Shown here piece by piece: positions 19,194 to 26,585 of a stretch of 26,861 bases of DNA (its first letter is position 1; each line of letters begins with the position of its first letter). Both the position numbers and the translations under genes were made by a program. The notes under the pieces are model-generated. The model was not told the origin of the DNA, did no database searches, and saw only the letters and a program-made list of their open reading frames with translations. Origin of the DNA: Crocosphaera chwakensis CCY0110 (lineage in GTDB: Bacteria; Cyanobacteriota; Cyanobacteriia; Cyanobacteriales; Microcystaceae). The stretch lies in NCBI RefSeq assembly GCF_000169335.1, contig NZ_AAXW01000058.1, positions 1 through 26,861 on the forward strand. Reading direction: 5' to 3'.

Positions 19194-19511
19194 TTAAAAA
19201 GGGAAAGACACCCTTACTCTTTCTTCGGGAGCAGGTCTTTCTTGACGAATATCAAGAGAAGGAGAACCATTCCTATCATTAATACGAATTCTGGTTTGAG
19301 GTCTTCTTTGTTCTTCGACCCCCACTGTCAAGCGACCATTCTCATCAAAAACTCTTACATTCGTTCGGCTGCGGCGACGACGTTCGTTAGAAAAATCGAC
19401 TCGAACATCATCCCCCAGTTCAATAATTTGAGCGTTAACGGTTTTCGTCCCCATTGAAGAAGTGATTACGACACTAAGGGTCAACATTGCAAACATAGAA
19501 ATCGATTTCAT
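19194..19511 (-). CDS. Hypothetical secreted Arg-rich protein
   Basis: ATG 19511 (MKSISMFAMLTLSVV, signal peptide) has GGAG 8 nt upstream, so it is preferred over the TTG at 19535. Its stop codon abuts the stop of the convergent ORF (19193/19194). Confidence 0.45.
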   Translation of the reverse strand: MKSISMFAMLTLSVVITSSMGTKTVNAQIIELGDDVRVDFSNERRRRSRTNVRVFDENGRLTVGVEEQRRPQTRIRINDRNGSPSLDIRQERPAPEERVRVSFPF

Positions 19512-19646
19512 GGGAAATTCTCCAAAAACACTCAATACGCAACAGACAATTATTACGATGCCTCAGGAAAATGTTACCCTTGATTTTTGTCGGGTTACTT
19601 CCCCCAGTTGTATGATTTATCTTTAAGATTTTTTACGGTTAAAACT

Positions 19647-19677
19647 AGCCCACGGATTCTAACCCGTGGGTTTTCTT
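19647..19677 (+). terminator. Intrinsic-terminator-like hairpin with no upstream plus-strand gene
   Basis: CCCACGG (19649-19655) pairs with CCGTGGG (19664-19670); with A-T and G.U extensions the stem spans 19647-19672. 8-nt loop, followed by TTTTCTT. Confidence 0.35.
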
Positions 19678-19756
19678 GATTTTAAGGCAGTCCAAATAAA
19701 GATAGGATAAAGAAAGAATAATTAAATAAATTTAGATTACTTAAATAACCCAATAA

Positions 19757-22549
19757 ATGCGCTGTTTAAACTGCCACCTTGATAACCTTCCCGAAACCAC
19801 CCAACTTTGTCCCAATTGTGGGGCGCAGGTTCTCTCTTTGTTACAAGAAGTGTTACCCCAAGGCACCCAACTGCGATCGCATACATACTGTTTAGACAAT
19901 GCGATGGGAAAAGGCAGTTTCGGCATTACTTATCGCGCTCATCATACCGCCTTAAAGAATCCTGTCGCCATCAAAGAATTCTATCCCGTCGAATATGTCT
20001 CCCGAAATATTGAAACCAAACTTTTAATTATTCCAGCTAAACATCAAGACGTATACAAACGAAGTTTATATCGTTTTTTACAAGAAGGACAGATACTCGC
20101 CAAGTTGAATCATCCTAACGTCGTTAAAGTTAGAGATTTATTTGAAGAAAGGGGTACCGCTTACATTGTCATGGAATTGGTACAGGGTAAAACCTTATTA
20201 CAAGAATTAGAAAATCAGCCTAATAAAAAACTATCTCCTCAAAGAATAGAAAAGTTAATTGAACAGTTAGTTAATGCCTTAACGACTATTCATGAAGCAG
20301 GCATTTATCATCTGGATCTTAAACCCGAAAATATGATCTTGACGCCTACAGATCAGTTAATTTTAATTGATTTTGGAGCAGCTACATTAGCCGATGATGC
20401 TAAACGAAAAAGAACTCGTTCTTTTACCGAATGTTATGCAGCCCCAGAAATTATGTCAGGGGGAGAAGTTGGACCCCAAAGCGATCTATTTGAAGTAGGA
20501 ATGATTCTCCACGAACTATTAACAGGAAAATTACCACCTCCAGCCATGACTCGCGTTTTAGAAACCGATACTTGGCAACCTCAAGGGTTAGACTATCCTT
20601 GGGATATGTTAATCGTTGATGCGTTAAGAATTCAACGAAGCGATCGCAGCCCCACTGTAGACCAATGGTGGGAATCACGAAAGCAAAAAGAAGGAGATAT
20701 TATTAGAATTGATCAAAAAAGCATTGAAAACTTACAAGGGAAATTCATATTACCTTTATTACAACAACAAGGAATGGTTCATAAATTGGGGCAAGGTTGT
20801 ATTAGAAAAGTGATTCCCATTAATCAAAATAAAGTATTAGTGATAGAAGCAGGAGGAGCCTCTTTATTAAATATTAATAATAGAACTACTCATTGGGAAA
20901 TTGACTGTCCTAGTTCCTGGGGAGACGTTAGTAAGAATAAAAAACTATTAGCCTTAGTTTGGCAACAAAACATCTATTTATGGGATTTGACCCAAGGAAA
21001 ATTCTTACGACAATTGCAAGGTCATTCAAAAAAAATTACTGGTCTTGCTTTTAATAAAGATGGCTCTTTATTACTATCAGGAAGCCTCGATGAAACCTTG
21101 ATTATATGGGAAATTAAAACAGGAACAAAACGTCATGAATTATCTGAACCAATGGGACGAATAACGGCTGTTGCTTTTAGCGAAGATAATCAATTTATTG
21201 CCTCTGGTTCCCATACCGGGATTGTTAGAATTTGGGGAGCCATATCTGGTCAAGAATGGCGATGTTTAGAAGGCCATGGAACAGCGATAGAAAGCTTGAT
21301 TTTTAGCTCAGATAGCAAAGTTTTGGCATCAGGAGGACGGGATAAAACCATCCATTTATGGAACGTTACTTCAGGAAAATCTCAACAAGTATTAGAAGGA
21401 CATCAGGACTGGGTAACGGCATTAAGTTTTAACCAAAATGCCGATAAATTAGCTTCTGCATCTACAATTAACGATAAAACTATTCGTATTTGGTCTGTTG
21501 CAAAACAACAACAAACTCAACAACTAAAGGGTCATACAAACAGTATTCAAGCGATTGCTTTTTGTCCCGATGATCGTTATTTGATCTCAGCAGCATCTGA
21601 CAACACTATCCGTCTCTGGGATCGAAAAACTGGAAAAGCAATCAAACAACTACAACAACACACCAATTGGGTGTATAGTGTAGCCTGTAGTCCAGACGGT
21701 CGTTGGATAGCCATCGGATACAATGATTGGACTGTGCGTCTTTGGGATATTATCGAGCAACGAGAAGTTAATTGTCTTGAAGGTCACGAAAGTTCTGTTT
21801 CTAGTGTGGCCTTTTGTCCTGATAATCAACATCTTATCTCCGGCAGTTGGGACGGAACCCTACGAGTTTGGGATATCCATACAGGAAAATGTAAACGTAT
21901 TTTACAGGATCATCAAAACTGGATCAGTAGCGTTGCAGTCAGTCCCAACGGTCAATGGGTTGCATCGGGGGGTTGGGATAAAACCGTCCATCTTTGGGAG
22001 ATTGCTTATAGTTGGACTCAGTTTCAAGCAACTAAACCCACTCGTATTTTACAAGGCCATTTAGAAGATATTGAAGGGGTTGCTTTTAGTCCGAATAGTC
22101 AATTAGTTGCTAGTTGTGGTAATGATAAAACGATTAAAATATGGGAAGTTGTATCTGGTCAACAAGTTCAACAATTAGAAGGTCATAAATATAGTGTGGA
22201 GGATGTAGTTTTTAGTCCTGATGGTCAATTTATTGCTTCAGTGAGTCGAGATAAAACTGTTAGAGTTTGGCACATTATTTCGGGTAAAGAAGTTCATAAA
22301 TTTCAAGGTCACACCAATTATGTTTATTGCGTAGCATTTAGTTTAGACGGTCATTATTTGATTTCAGGAGGAAAAGATAAAATGATTGCAATTTGGGATT
22401 TAATTTCAGGAGAATTAACTCAATTAATGCAAGGACATACCAACGATATTAATAGTATTGCTTTTACTGGAGACGGTTCTTTTTTAGTCTCTGGGGATAA
22501 TGATGGAGTGGTTCGGTTATGGAAACTACAGTTAGAAAATGGGAGTTAG
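19757..22549 (+). CDS. Ser/Thr protein kinase with N-terminal zinc ribbon and about 14 C-terminal WD40 repeats
   Basis: 930 aa. Zinc ribbon CLNCH...CPNCG. Hanks kinase motifs GKGSFGITY, VAIKEF, HLDLKPENM, DFG and APE. Repeated GH...V..VAFS.DG..L.SGS.D.T.R.W units. Confidence 0.9.
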   Translation: MRCLNCHLDNLPETTQLCPNCGAQVLSLLQEVLPQGTQLRSHTYCLDNAMGKGSFGITYRAHHTALKNPVAIKEFYPVEYVSRNIETKLLIIPAKHQDVYKRSLYRFLQEGQILAKLNHPNVVKVRDLFEERGTAYIVMELVQGKTLLQELENQPNKKLSPQRIEKLIEQLVNALTTIHEAGIYHLDLKPENMILTPTDQLILIDFGAATLADDAKRKRTRSFTECYAAPEIMSGGEVGPQSDLFEVGMILHELLTGKLPPPAMTRVLETDTWQPQGLDYPWDMLIVDALRIQRSDRSPTVDQWWESRKQKEGDIIRIDQKSIENLQGKFILPLLQQQGMVHKLGQGCIRKVIPINQNKVLVIEAGGASLLNINNRTTHWEIDCPSSWGDVSKNKKLLALVWQQNIYLWDLTQGKFLRQLQGHSKKITGLAFNKDGSLLLSGSLDETLIIWEIKTGTKRHELSEPMGRITAVAFSEDNQFIASGSHTGIVRIWGAISGQEWRCLEGHGTAIESLIFSSDSKVLASGGRDKTIHLWNVTSGKSQQVLEGHQDWVTALSFNQNADKLASASTINDKTIRIWSVAKQQQTQQLKGHTNSIQAIAFCPDDRYLISAASDNTIRLWDRKTGKAIKQLQQHTNWVYSVACSPDGRWIAIGYNDWTVRLWDIIEQREVNCLEGHESSVSSVAFCPDNQHLISGSWDGTLRVWDIHTGKCKRILQDHQNWISSVAVSPNGQWVASGGWDKTVHLWEIAYSWTQFQATKPTRILQGHLEDIEGVAFSPNSQLVASCGNDKTIKIWEVVSGQQVQQLEGHKYSVEDVVFSPDGQFIASVSRDKTVRVWHIISGKEVHKFQGHTNYVYCVAFSLDGHYLISGGKDKMIAIWDLISGELTQLMQGHTNDINSIAFTGDGSFLVSGDNDGVVRLWKLQLENGS

Positions 22550-22597
22550 GAGTCAGGAGTCAGAAGTCAGAAGTTAGGAGTCAGTAGACAGGAGTTA
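22542..22597. repeat. Heptanucleotide tandem array, 8 units (STRR-like)
   Basis: GGAGTTA GGAGTCA GGAGTCA GAAGTCA GAAGTTA GGAGTCA GTAGACA GGAGTTA. The array starts within the last codons of the kinase gene and fills most of the 79-nt spacer. Confidence 0.8.
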
Positions 22598-22628
22598 CAA
22601 TAAATTTGTTGGTAAATAGTGAAAAATA

Positions 22629-23024
22629 ATGGAACCGTTTACAACTGCAAAAATTCTAGAGTTTGTGATAGGTGCAGTGATTACAATGGGAGTCGAAAAT
22701 CTCCCAACTGCTACTAAAAAACTCTGGCAAACCATCCGTAACCGTCTGCAACATCAACCCGTTGCAAGCACAGCAATAGGGGAAATTGAAGAAAACCATT
22801 CGCCGAACCAAATTCAAAATTTAGCCCCCTTCTTAGACGTGGAAATGCTCAATGATGAGACGTTTAAACAAGAGGTGCAGCAATTAGCGAAAGAAGCCAT
22901 GAATCAAGACAAAGAAACCATTAATATTCATATTGCTAATGCTAACAGTAGTCCCGTTGTCGGTAAACAAGACGGAAGCAATAATACAATTATCGGTACA
23001 CAAGTTAACTTGGGAAAGGAATAG
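22629..23024 (+). CDS. Small helical protein with hydrophobic N-terminal helix and G/N/Q/V/I-rich tail; probable N-terminal module of the downstream NB-ARC protein
   Basis: 131-aa ORF. N-terminus is MEPFTTAKILEFVIGAVITMGV. C-terminus is INIHIANANSSPVVGKQDGSNNTIIGTQVNLGKE. The stop overlaps the open -1 frame that continues into the NB-ARC ORF. Confidence 0.55.
   Translation: MEPFTTAKILEFVIGAVITMGVENLPTATKKLWQTIRNRLQHQPVASTAIGEIEENHSPNQIQNLAPFLDVEMLNDETFKQEVQQLAKEAMNQDKETINIHIANANSSPVVGKQDGSNNTIIGTQVNLGKE
23012..23018 (+). promoter_or_regulatory. Candidate -1 ribosomal frameshift heptamer G_GGA_AAG (alternatively the site of a 1-nt indel)
   Basis: In the zero frame of ORF 22629 the codons read ttG GGA AAG gaa tag. 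The -1 frame reads GGG AAA GGA ATA and is open from 23009 into the NB-ARC ORF. Confidence 0.3.
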
Positions 23025-23116
23025 GGGAAAATGATGTACAACGACTCATAGAATTTTGGCAGGAAAAACCTGATAGAAAACCCACATTATCATCAAGTGT
23101 CATTACATCACCACCT

Positions 23117-24904
23117 GTGGTTAAACCTTGGGTGGATAGGTTAGAAGAAATGACCACTATTCAAAGTTGGATTGATGATAGTAACGTTAATTTACTGGGT
23201 ATTGTTGGGTTAGGTGGAATGGGAAAATCGGCCTTAGCTGCTTATTTTTACAACAATTTTTCTACTCATCAAAAATTTTGGGCTGATGTTAGTTTAAATC
23301 CCGATTTTGCTGCTTTTGCTGAATCCATTATTAAGGGGTTATCAGGAACAGTTAATGCGACGGGTGATGTTAATATTTTAATCGCTGACTTATTCAAGAT
23401 TTTACATCAAAATCCTTGTTTATTGGTGGTGGATAATGTAGAAACATTGTTAGACGAATCAGGAGAATGGCAAAACGAAAATTACGCATCATTCTTTCAG
23501 CGTTGGAAGCAACAAGGACACACCAGTATTTTACTATTGACCACAAGAGATAAACCAAACCTTTATCGAGGAGATAATTATTGGTATTCTCTGGGAAGAT
23601 TCACAGTTGATGAAGGGAAAACATTATTAAAAGCATTACAAATTGAAGGAAGTGACCAAGATTTAGGAAATTTAGTTACTAAAATAGATGGTCATGCTTT
23701 GACCTTAAGATTAGTAGCAGCATACCTCAGAGAATATTGTGATAGTCAACTAAGTCAAATTACAGAATTAGGGTTAGATGAATTTGAATTAATATATAAC
23801 GAAGCATCGGGACTGCATCGCAATAAAACCGATGCACAATTATCATGGATATTAGAACAACATTTAGACCGTTTAAGCGAAAAACAAAGACAGTTTTTAG
23901 TTAATTTATCTGTCTATCGTCAACCCTTTGACGTAACAGCAGCAACCAGAATGTATATCAATGCTAATTTGGTAGAAGGAGAGACAGAAGAACCCATTAA
24001 ACCGATAGAAGTAAAAAAAGAATTACAAAATTTATTCAATCGTTCCTTATTATCTCGTAGCAATAAAAAAGGTTATGACTGTCCCCTATTACTGAAACCC
24101 TATTTACAGAAAAAATATCCCGACTTAACTAACTGTCATCAAATAGCGATTAATTATTATTCATCCATTGTTCCCCCTCCACCTTGGACAAACCTGGATG
24201 AGATACAAGGATATTTAGAGATTTTCTATCATTACTATCAATTGGCAGAATATGACGAAGCATTAGACTATTTGCATTATATTGATGAATTTATGAACCT
24301 TCAGGGATATTATGATCTTCGGGTGAAATATTATTCAGATTTAGTAACGGTATATGAGGAGATAGATGATAAAAATAATTGGAAATATCCTGCTTCTCTT
24401 GGTTCTTTGGGGAATGCTTACGATTCCCTGGGACAATATCAAGAAGCGATAGAATACCATCAACAGTCTTTAGCTATCACTATAGATATTGGCAATAGAA
24501 ACGGTGAAGCATATTCCTATATAGGTTTAGGGAATGTTTACCAATCTCTGAGACAATATCAAGAAGAGATAGAATACTATCAACAGTCTTTAAATATTTT
24601 TATAGAAATAGGAGATAGAAACGGTGAAGCAAATACTTGGTTCAATTTAGGAAATACATTCAAGAAATTAAACCGTAAATCAGAAGCAAAAGAATGTTAT
24701 CAAAACTCTCGTCAATTATCTCAAGCAATGGGACTTGATAGAGATGTCCAAGAGTGTAACAATCAACTCATCAAATTACAAAGAGGATGGTTAGAAAAGA
24801 GTTTTTATTTTATCTTAGCAGTGATTAAGTTTCCTTTTGCTTTAGTTGTGTTTGTTTTATTAGTAATTTGGAGATGGATTAAATCAGTTATCAGTAAACA
24901 GTGA
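23117..24904 (+). CDS. NB-ARC (STAND/NLR-like) P-loop ATPase with TPR repeats and C-terminal TM helix
   Basis: Walker A GIVGLGGMGKSALA, Walker B LLVVDNVE, ILLLTTRD (RNBS-B-like) and GHALTL (GLPL-like). Three TPR units (LGNAYDSLGQYQEAIEYHQQSLAI and similar). Tail FILAVIKFPFALVVFVLLVIW. GTG 23117 has no SD, and the frame is open upstream to 23009 with no ATG. Confidence 0.85.
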   Translation: MVKPWVDRLEEMTTIQSWIDDSNVNLLGIVGLGGMGKSALAAYFYNNFSTHQKFWADVSLNPDFAAFAESIIKGLSGTVNATGDVNILIADLFKILHQNPCLLVVDNVETLLDESGEWQNENYASFFQRWKQQGHTSILLLTTRDKPNLYRGDNYWYSLGRFTVDEGKTLLKALQIEGSDQDLGNLVTKIDGHALTLRLVAAYLREYCDSQLSQITELGLDEFELIYNEASGLHRNKTDAQLSWILEQHLDRLSEKQRQFLVNLSVYRQPFDVTAATRMYINANLVEGETEEPIKPIEVKKELQNLFNRSLLSRSNKKGYDCPLLLKPYLQKKYPDLTNCHQIAINYYSSIVPPPPWTNLDEIQGYLEIFYHYYQLAEYDEALDYLHYIDEFMNLQGYYDLRVKYYSDLVTVYEEIDDKNNWKYPASLGSLGNAYDSLGQYQEAIEYHQQSLAITIDIGNRNGEAYSYIGLGNVYQSLRQYQEEIEYYQQSLNIFIEIGDRNGEANTWFNLGNTFKKLNRKSEAKECYQNSRQLSQAMGLDRDVQECNNQLIKLQRGWLEKSFYFILAVIKFPFALVVFVLLVIWRWIKSVISKQ

Positions 24905-24919
24905 ACAGTTATCAGATGA
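24885..24919. repeat. 35-nt heptamer-based repeat, left copy
   Basis: CAGTTATCAGTAAACAGTGAACAGTTATCAGATGA is 30/35 identical to 25434-25468. It overlaps the stop codon of the NB-ARC gene. Confidence 0.6.
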
Positions 24920-24928
24920 GGATGAAAC

Positions 24929-25234
24929 TTGATAAAATTTGAAATCATGACCCCTCTGGGTTTTACAGTTCGCACTTCCAATAATTATTGGCAAAGATTG
25001 ATAGAAAAACATCCTGACATTGAAGAACTTGAAGACTTAATCATGCAAAGTTTAGCTTCTCCTGATGAAATTCGACAAAGCAGAAGTGATGCCAATGTTT
25101 TATTATTTTATCAATCATATAAACAAAAACGTTGGGTTGTGGCAGTTGCTAAGCGTTTAAATGGAGAGGGATTTCTAATTACTGCTTATCAAACTAATGC
25201 TATTAAAGAAGGAGAAACACTATGGCACAAATAA
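24929..25234 (+). CDS. Hypothetical small protein, putative toxin partner of the DUF2283 gene
   Basis: 101-aa ORF. TTG start has GAGGA 6 nt upstream (alternative ATG 24947). Overlaps the downstream gene by 13 nt, consistent with translational coupling. Layout is loosely similar to the DUF4258 protein at 25742-26050. Confidence 0.5.
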   Translation: MIKFEIMTPLGFTVRTSNNYWQRLIEKHPDIEELEDLIMQSLASPDEIRQSRSDANVLLFYQSYKQKRWVVAVAKRLNGEGFLITAYQTNAIKEGETLWHK

Positions 25235-25446
25235 AAGTTTATTATGAACCCGAAACAGAACTTTTAACTATATTTTGGCAAACTCCTAGGAAAAATCAAA
25301 TCTGTACTGAATTAGATAATGGTATTATTTTAATTCAAGATTCTATTACAAATGAACCGATTGGTGTAGAAATTTTATCTTATCATCCAGGAGATAATCG
25401 TTTAGATAGTGTTAATGTAGAAATGGGTCAAATAAGTTATCAGTGA
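25222..25446 (+). CDS. DUF2283 (YuzE-like) family protein, putative antitoxin
   Basis: 74 aa. Pattern YYEPETELLTIFW...GIILIQDSITNEPIGVEIL is typical of DUF2283. Confidence 0.65.
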   Translation: MAQIKVYYEPETELLTIFWQTPRKNQICTELDNGIILIQDSITNEPIGVEILSYHPGDNRLDSVNVEMGQISYQ

Positions 25447-25468
25447 ACAGTGAATAGTTATTAGATAA
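25434..25468. repeat. 35-nt heptamer-based repeat, right copy
   Basis: AAGTTATCAGTGAACAGTGAATAGTTATTAGATAA. It overlaps the stop codon of the DUF2283 gene. Confidence 0.6.
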
Positions 25469-25505
25469 AAACAAATGAATTTCTAAGACATTTATTTTTG
25501 GATTC

Positions 25506-25739
25506 CTATCCTTTGTAAGCAAAAACATCAACTTGAATAGCTTTAATGGGTTGAGTATTTCCTTGAAGCATTAGACGAACCTTTTCAGCAATTTCACTAC
25601 TAAAAATAACTTCTCCACAACGATCGCAAACCTTAGCAGGAATATTTTCAACCATAACTAACTTTCCTTTAACCTCAAAAGTTTCATTAACGTTTCTTTC
25701 TTGAAAATCCTTTGATCCGCAATTATAACAAACAGACAT
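25506..25739 (-). CDS. YgiT-type (MqsA N-terminal-like) zinc-finger protein, putative antitoxin
   Basis: 77 aa. CYNCG...(26 aa)...CDRCGE, with the VENIPAKVC context typical of the YgiT finger. Confidence 0.7.
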   Translation of the reverse strand: MSVCYNCGSKDFQERNVNETFEVKGKLVMVENIPAKVCDRCGEVIFSSEIAEKVRLMLQGNTQPIKAIQVDVFAYKG

Positions 25740-25741
25740 AT

Positions 25742-26050
25742 TTACCTCCGTTTTGAATAATTAATCCACTCATTTATATCGGGTTCATAAAGAGTAATAA
25801 TAGTTGTTCTACTAGAATCTAATCGAGATGTTTGAATGTGTAATGGTCTATTTTTCTGAGTAAATCCTAATAAAAGACAACTGGGAGTATATTTATCATT
25901 GGGATAGTCTTCAATAATGATAGCATTTTTTCCTGTTTCCATAATTTCTTCTCTAGTAATATTACGTTCAACAATTCGCTTTAAAGCATGACGGGTTAAA
26001 TCAAATTGTCCAGAAACCAGTTGTTGACGAATTTCCTCTAGAGGTTTCAT
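25742..26050 (-). CDS. DUF4258-family protein, putative toxin
   Basis: 102 aa. TRHALKRIVERNITREEI...IIEDYPNDKYTPSCLLLG...PLHIQ pattern. Located 2 nt upstream of the zinc-finger gene. Confidence 0.7.
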   Translation of the reverse strand: MKPLEEIRQQLVSGQFDLTRHALKRIVERNITREEIMETGKNAIIIEDYPNDKYTPSCLLLGFTQKNRPLHIQTSRLDSSRTTIITLYEPDINEWINYSKRR

Positions 26051-26113
26051 TTTTCGATCTCGTTTATACCCACCAAATTATTTATATAAAATATATATTA
26101 ACCCACGCTGACT

Positions 26114-26560
26114 ATGATAAAGAAAACTAGACAAATGACTATTACTTTTAATAGAGACATTTACGGAAGTTTACTTGCTAAGTATCAACCTAAAATTATT
26201 AAAACTGAGGAAGAAAACGAACAAGCGCACCGCAAAGCGGATCTCTTCGAGATCGCCCTTTGTGAAAAACTTTCTCATCTTGAAAATATAAGTTTAGAAG
26301 AATCAGCGTTGTTGGAATTATCAATTACGTTAATTAAAAAATATGAAGCAGAAAATTATCCTATTCCCCAAGCATTACCTCATGAAATATTGGCTCATTT
26401 AATGGAAAGTAGAAACTTAGATGTAAAACAGCTATCAAACATTTTGGGAACAGATTTAATTAATCAAGAAGTATTAACAGGAGAACGAAAAATTACTGAT
26501 AAGGAAGCGATAATATTAAGTAATTTTTTTAATGTGTCTTCTGATTTATTTATAATATAA
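26114..26560 (+). CDS. HigA-type HTH (XRE-like) antitoxin/transcriptional regulator (COG5499-like)
   Basis: C-terminal HTH region ILAHLMESRNLDVKQLSNILGTDLINQEVLTGERKITDKEAIILSNFFNVSSDLF parallels the E. coli HigA C-terminus as I recall it. Start may be ATG 26114 or the internal MTITF. Confidence 0.65.
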   Translation: MIKKTRQMTITFNRDIYGSLLAKYQPKIIKTEEENEQAHRKADLFEIALCEKLSHLENISLEESALLELSITLIKKYEAENYPIPQALPHEILAHLMESRNLDVKQLSNILGTDLINQEVLTGERKITDKEAIILSNFFNVSSDLFII

Positions 26561-26585
26561 TCATTATTTGTACAAAAAAAGAACA

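Noticed and set aside
19191-19196. Back-to-back stop codons (TAA|TTA) of two convergent small ORFs with zero spacer, considered as a possible mis-split single feature or palindromic site.
   Set aside because: The two ORFs are on opposite strands with independent signal peptides. The abutment carries no extended palindrome or hairpin.
20950-22530. Periodic DNA similarity across the 3' two-thirds of the kinase gene, considered as a DNA-level tandem repeat.
   Set aside because: The periodicity (about 126 nt) reflects divergent WD40 protein repeats. The nucleotide copies are not near-identical.
22542-22597. Considered whether the short tandem repeats here and at 24884-24918 and 25434-25468 could be a CRISPR array.
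   Set aside because: The units are 7 nt and directly abutting with no spacers, so they are STRR-type microsatellite arrays rather than 24-40 nt repeats separated by unique spacers.
26221-26260. Locally GC-rich patch with a short palindrome (GATCTC-ttc-GAGATC) inside the HigA-like ORF, considered as a possible in-frame mini-insertion or HIP1 derivative.
   Set aside because: It has only a 6-bp stem and is not a full HIP1 site. The encoded segment fits the expected length of the helical N-domain of COG5499-type proteins, and there are no flanking duplications.
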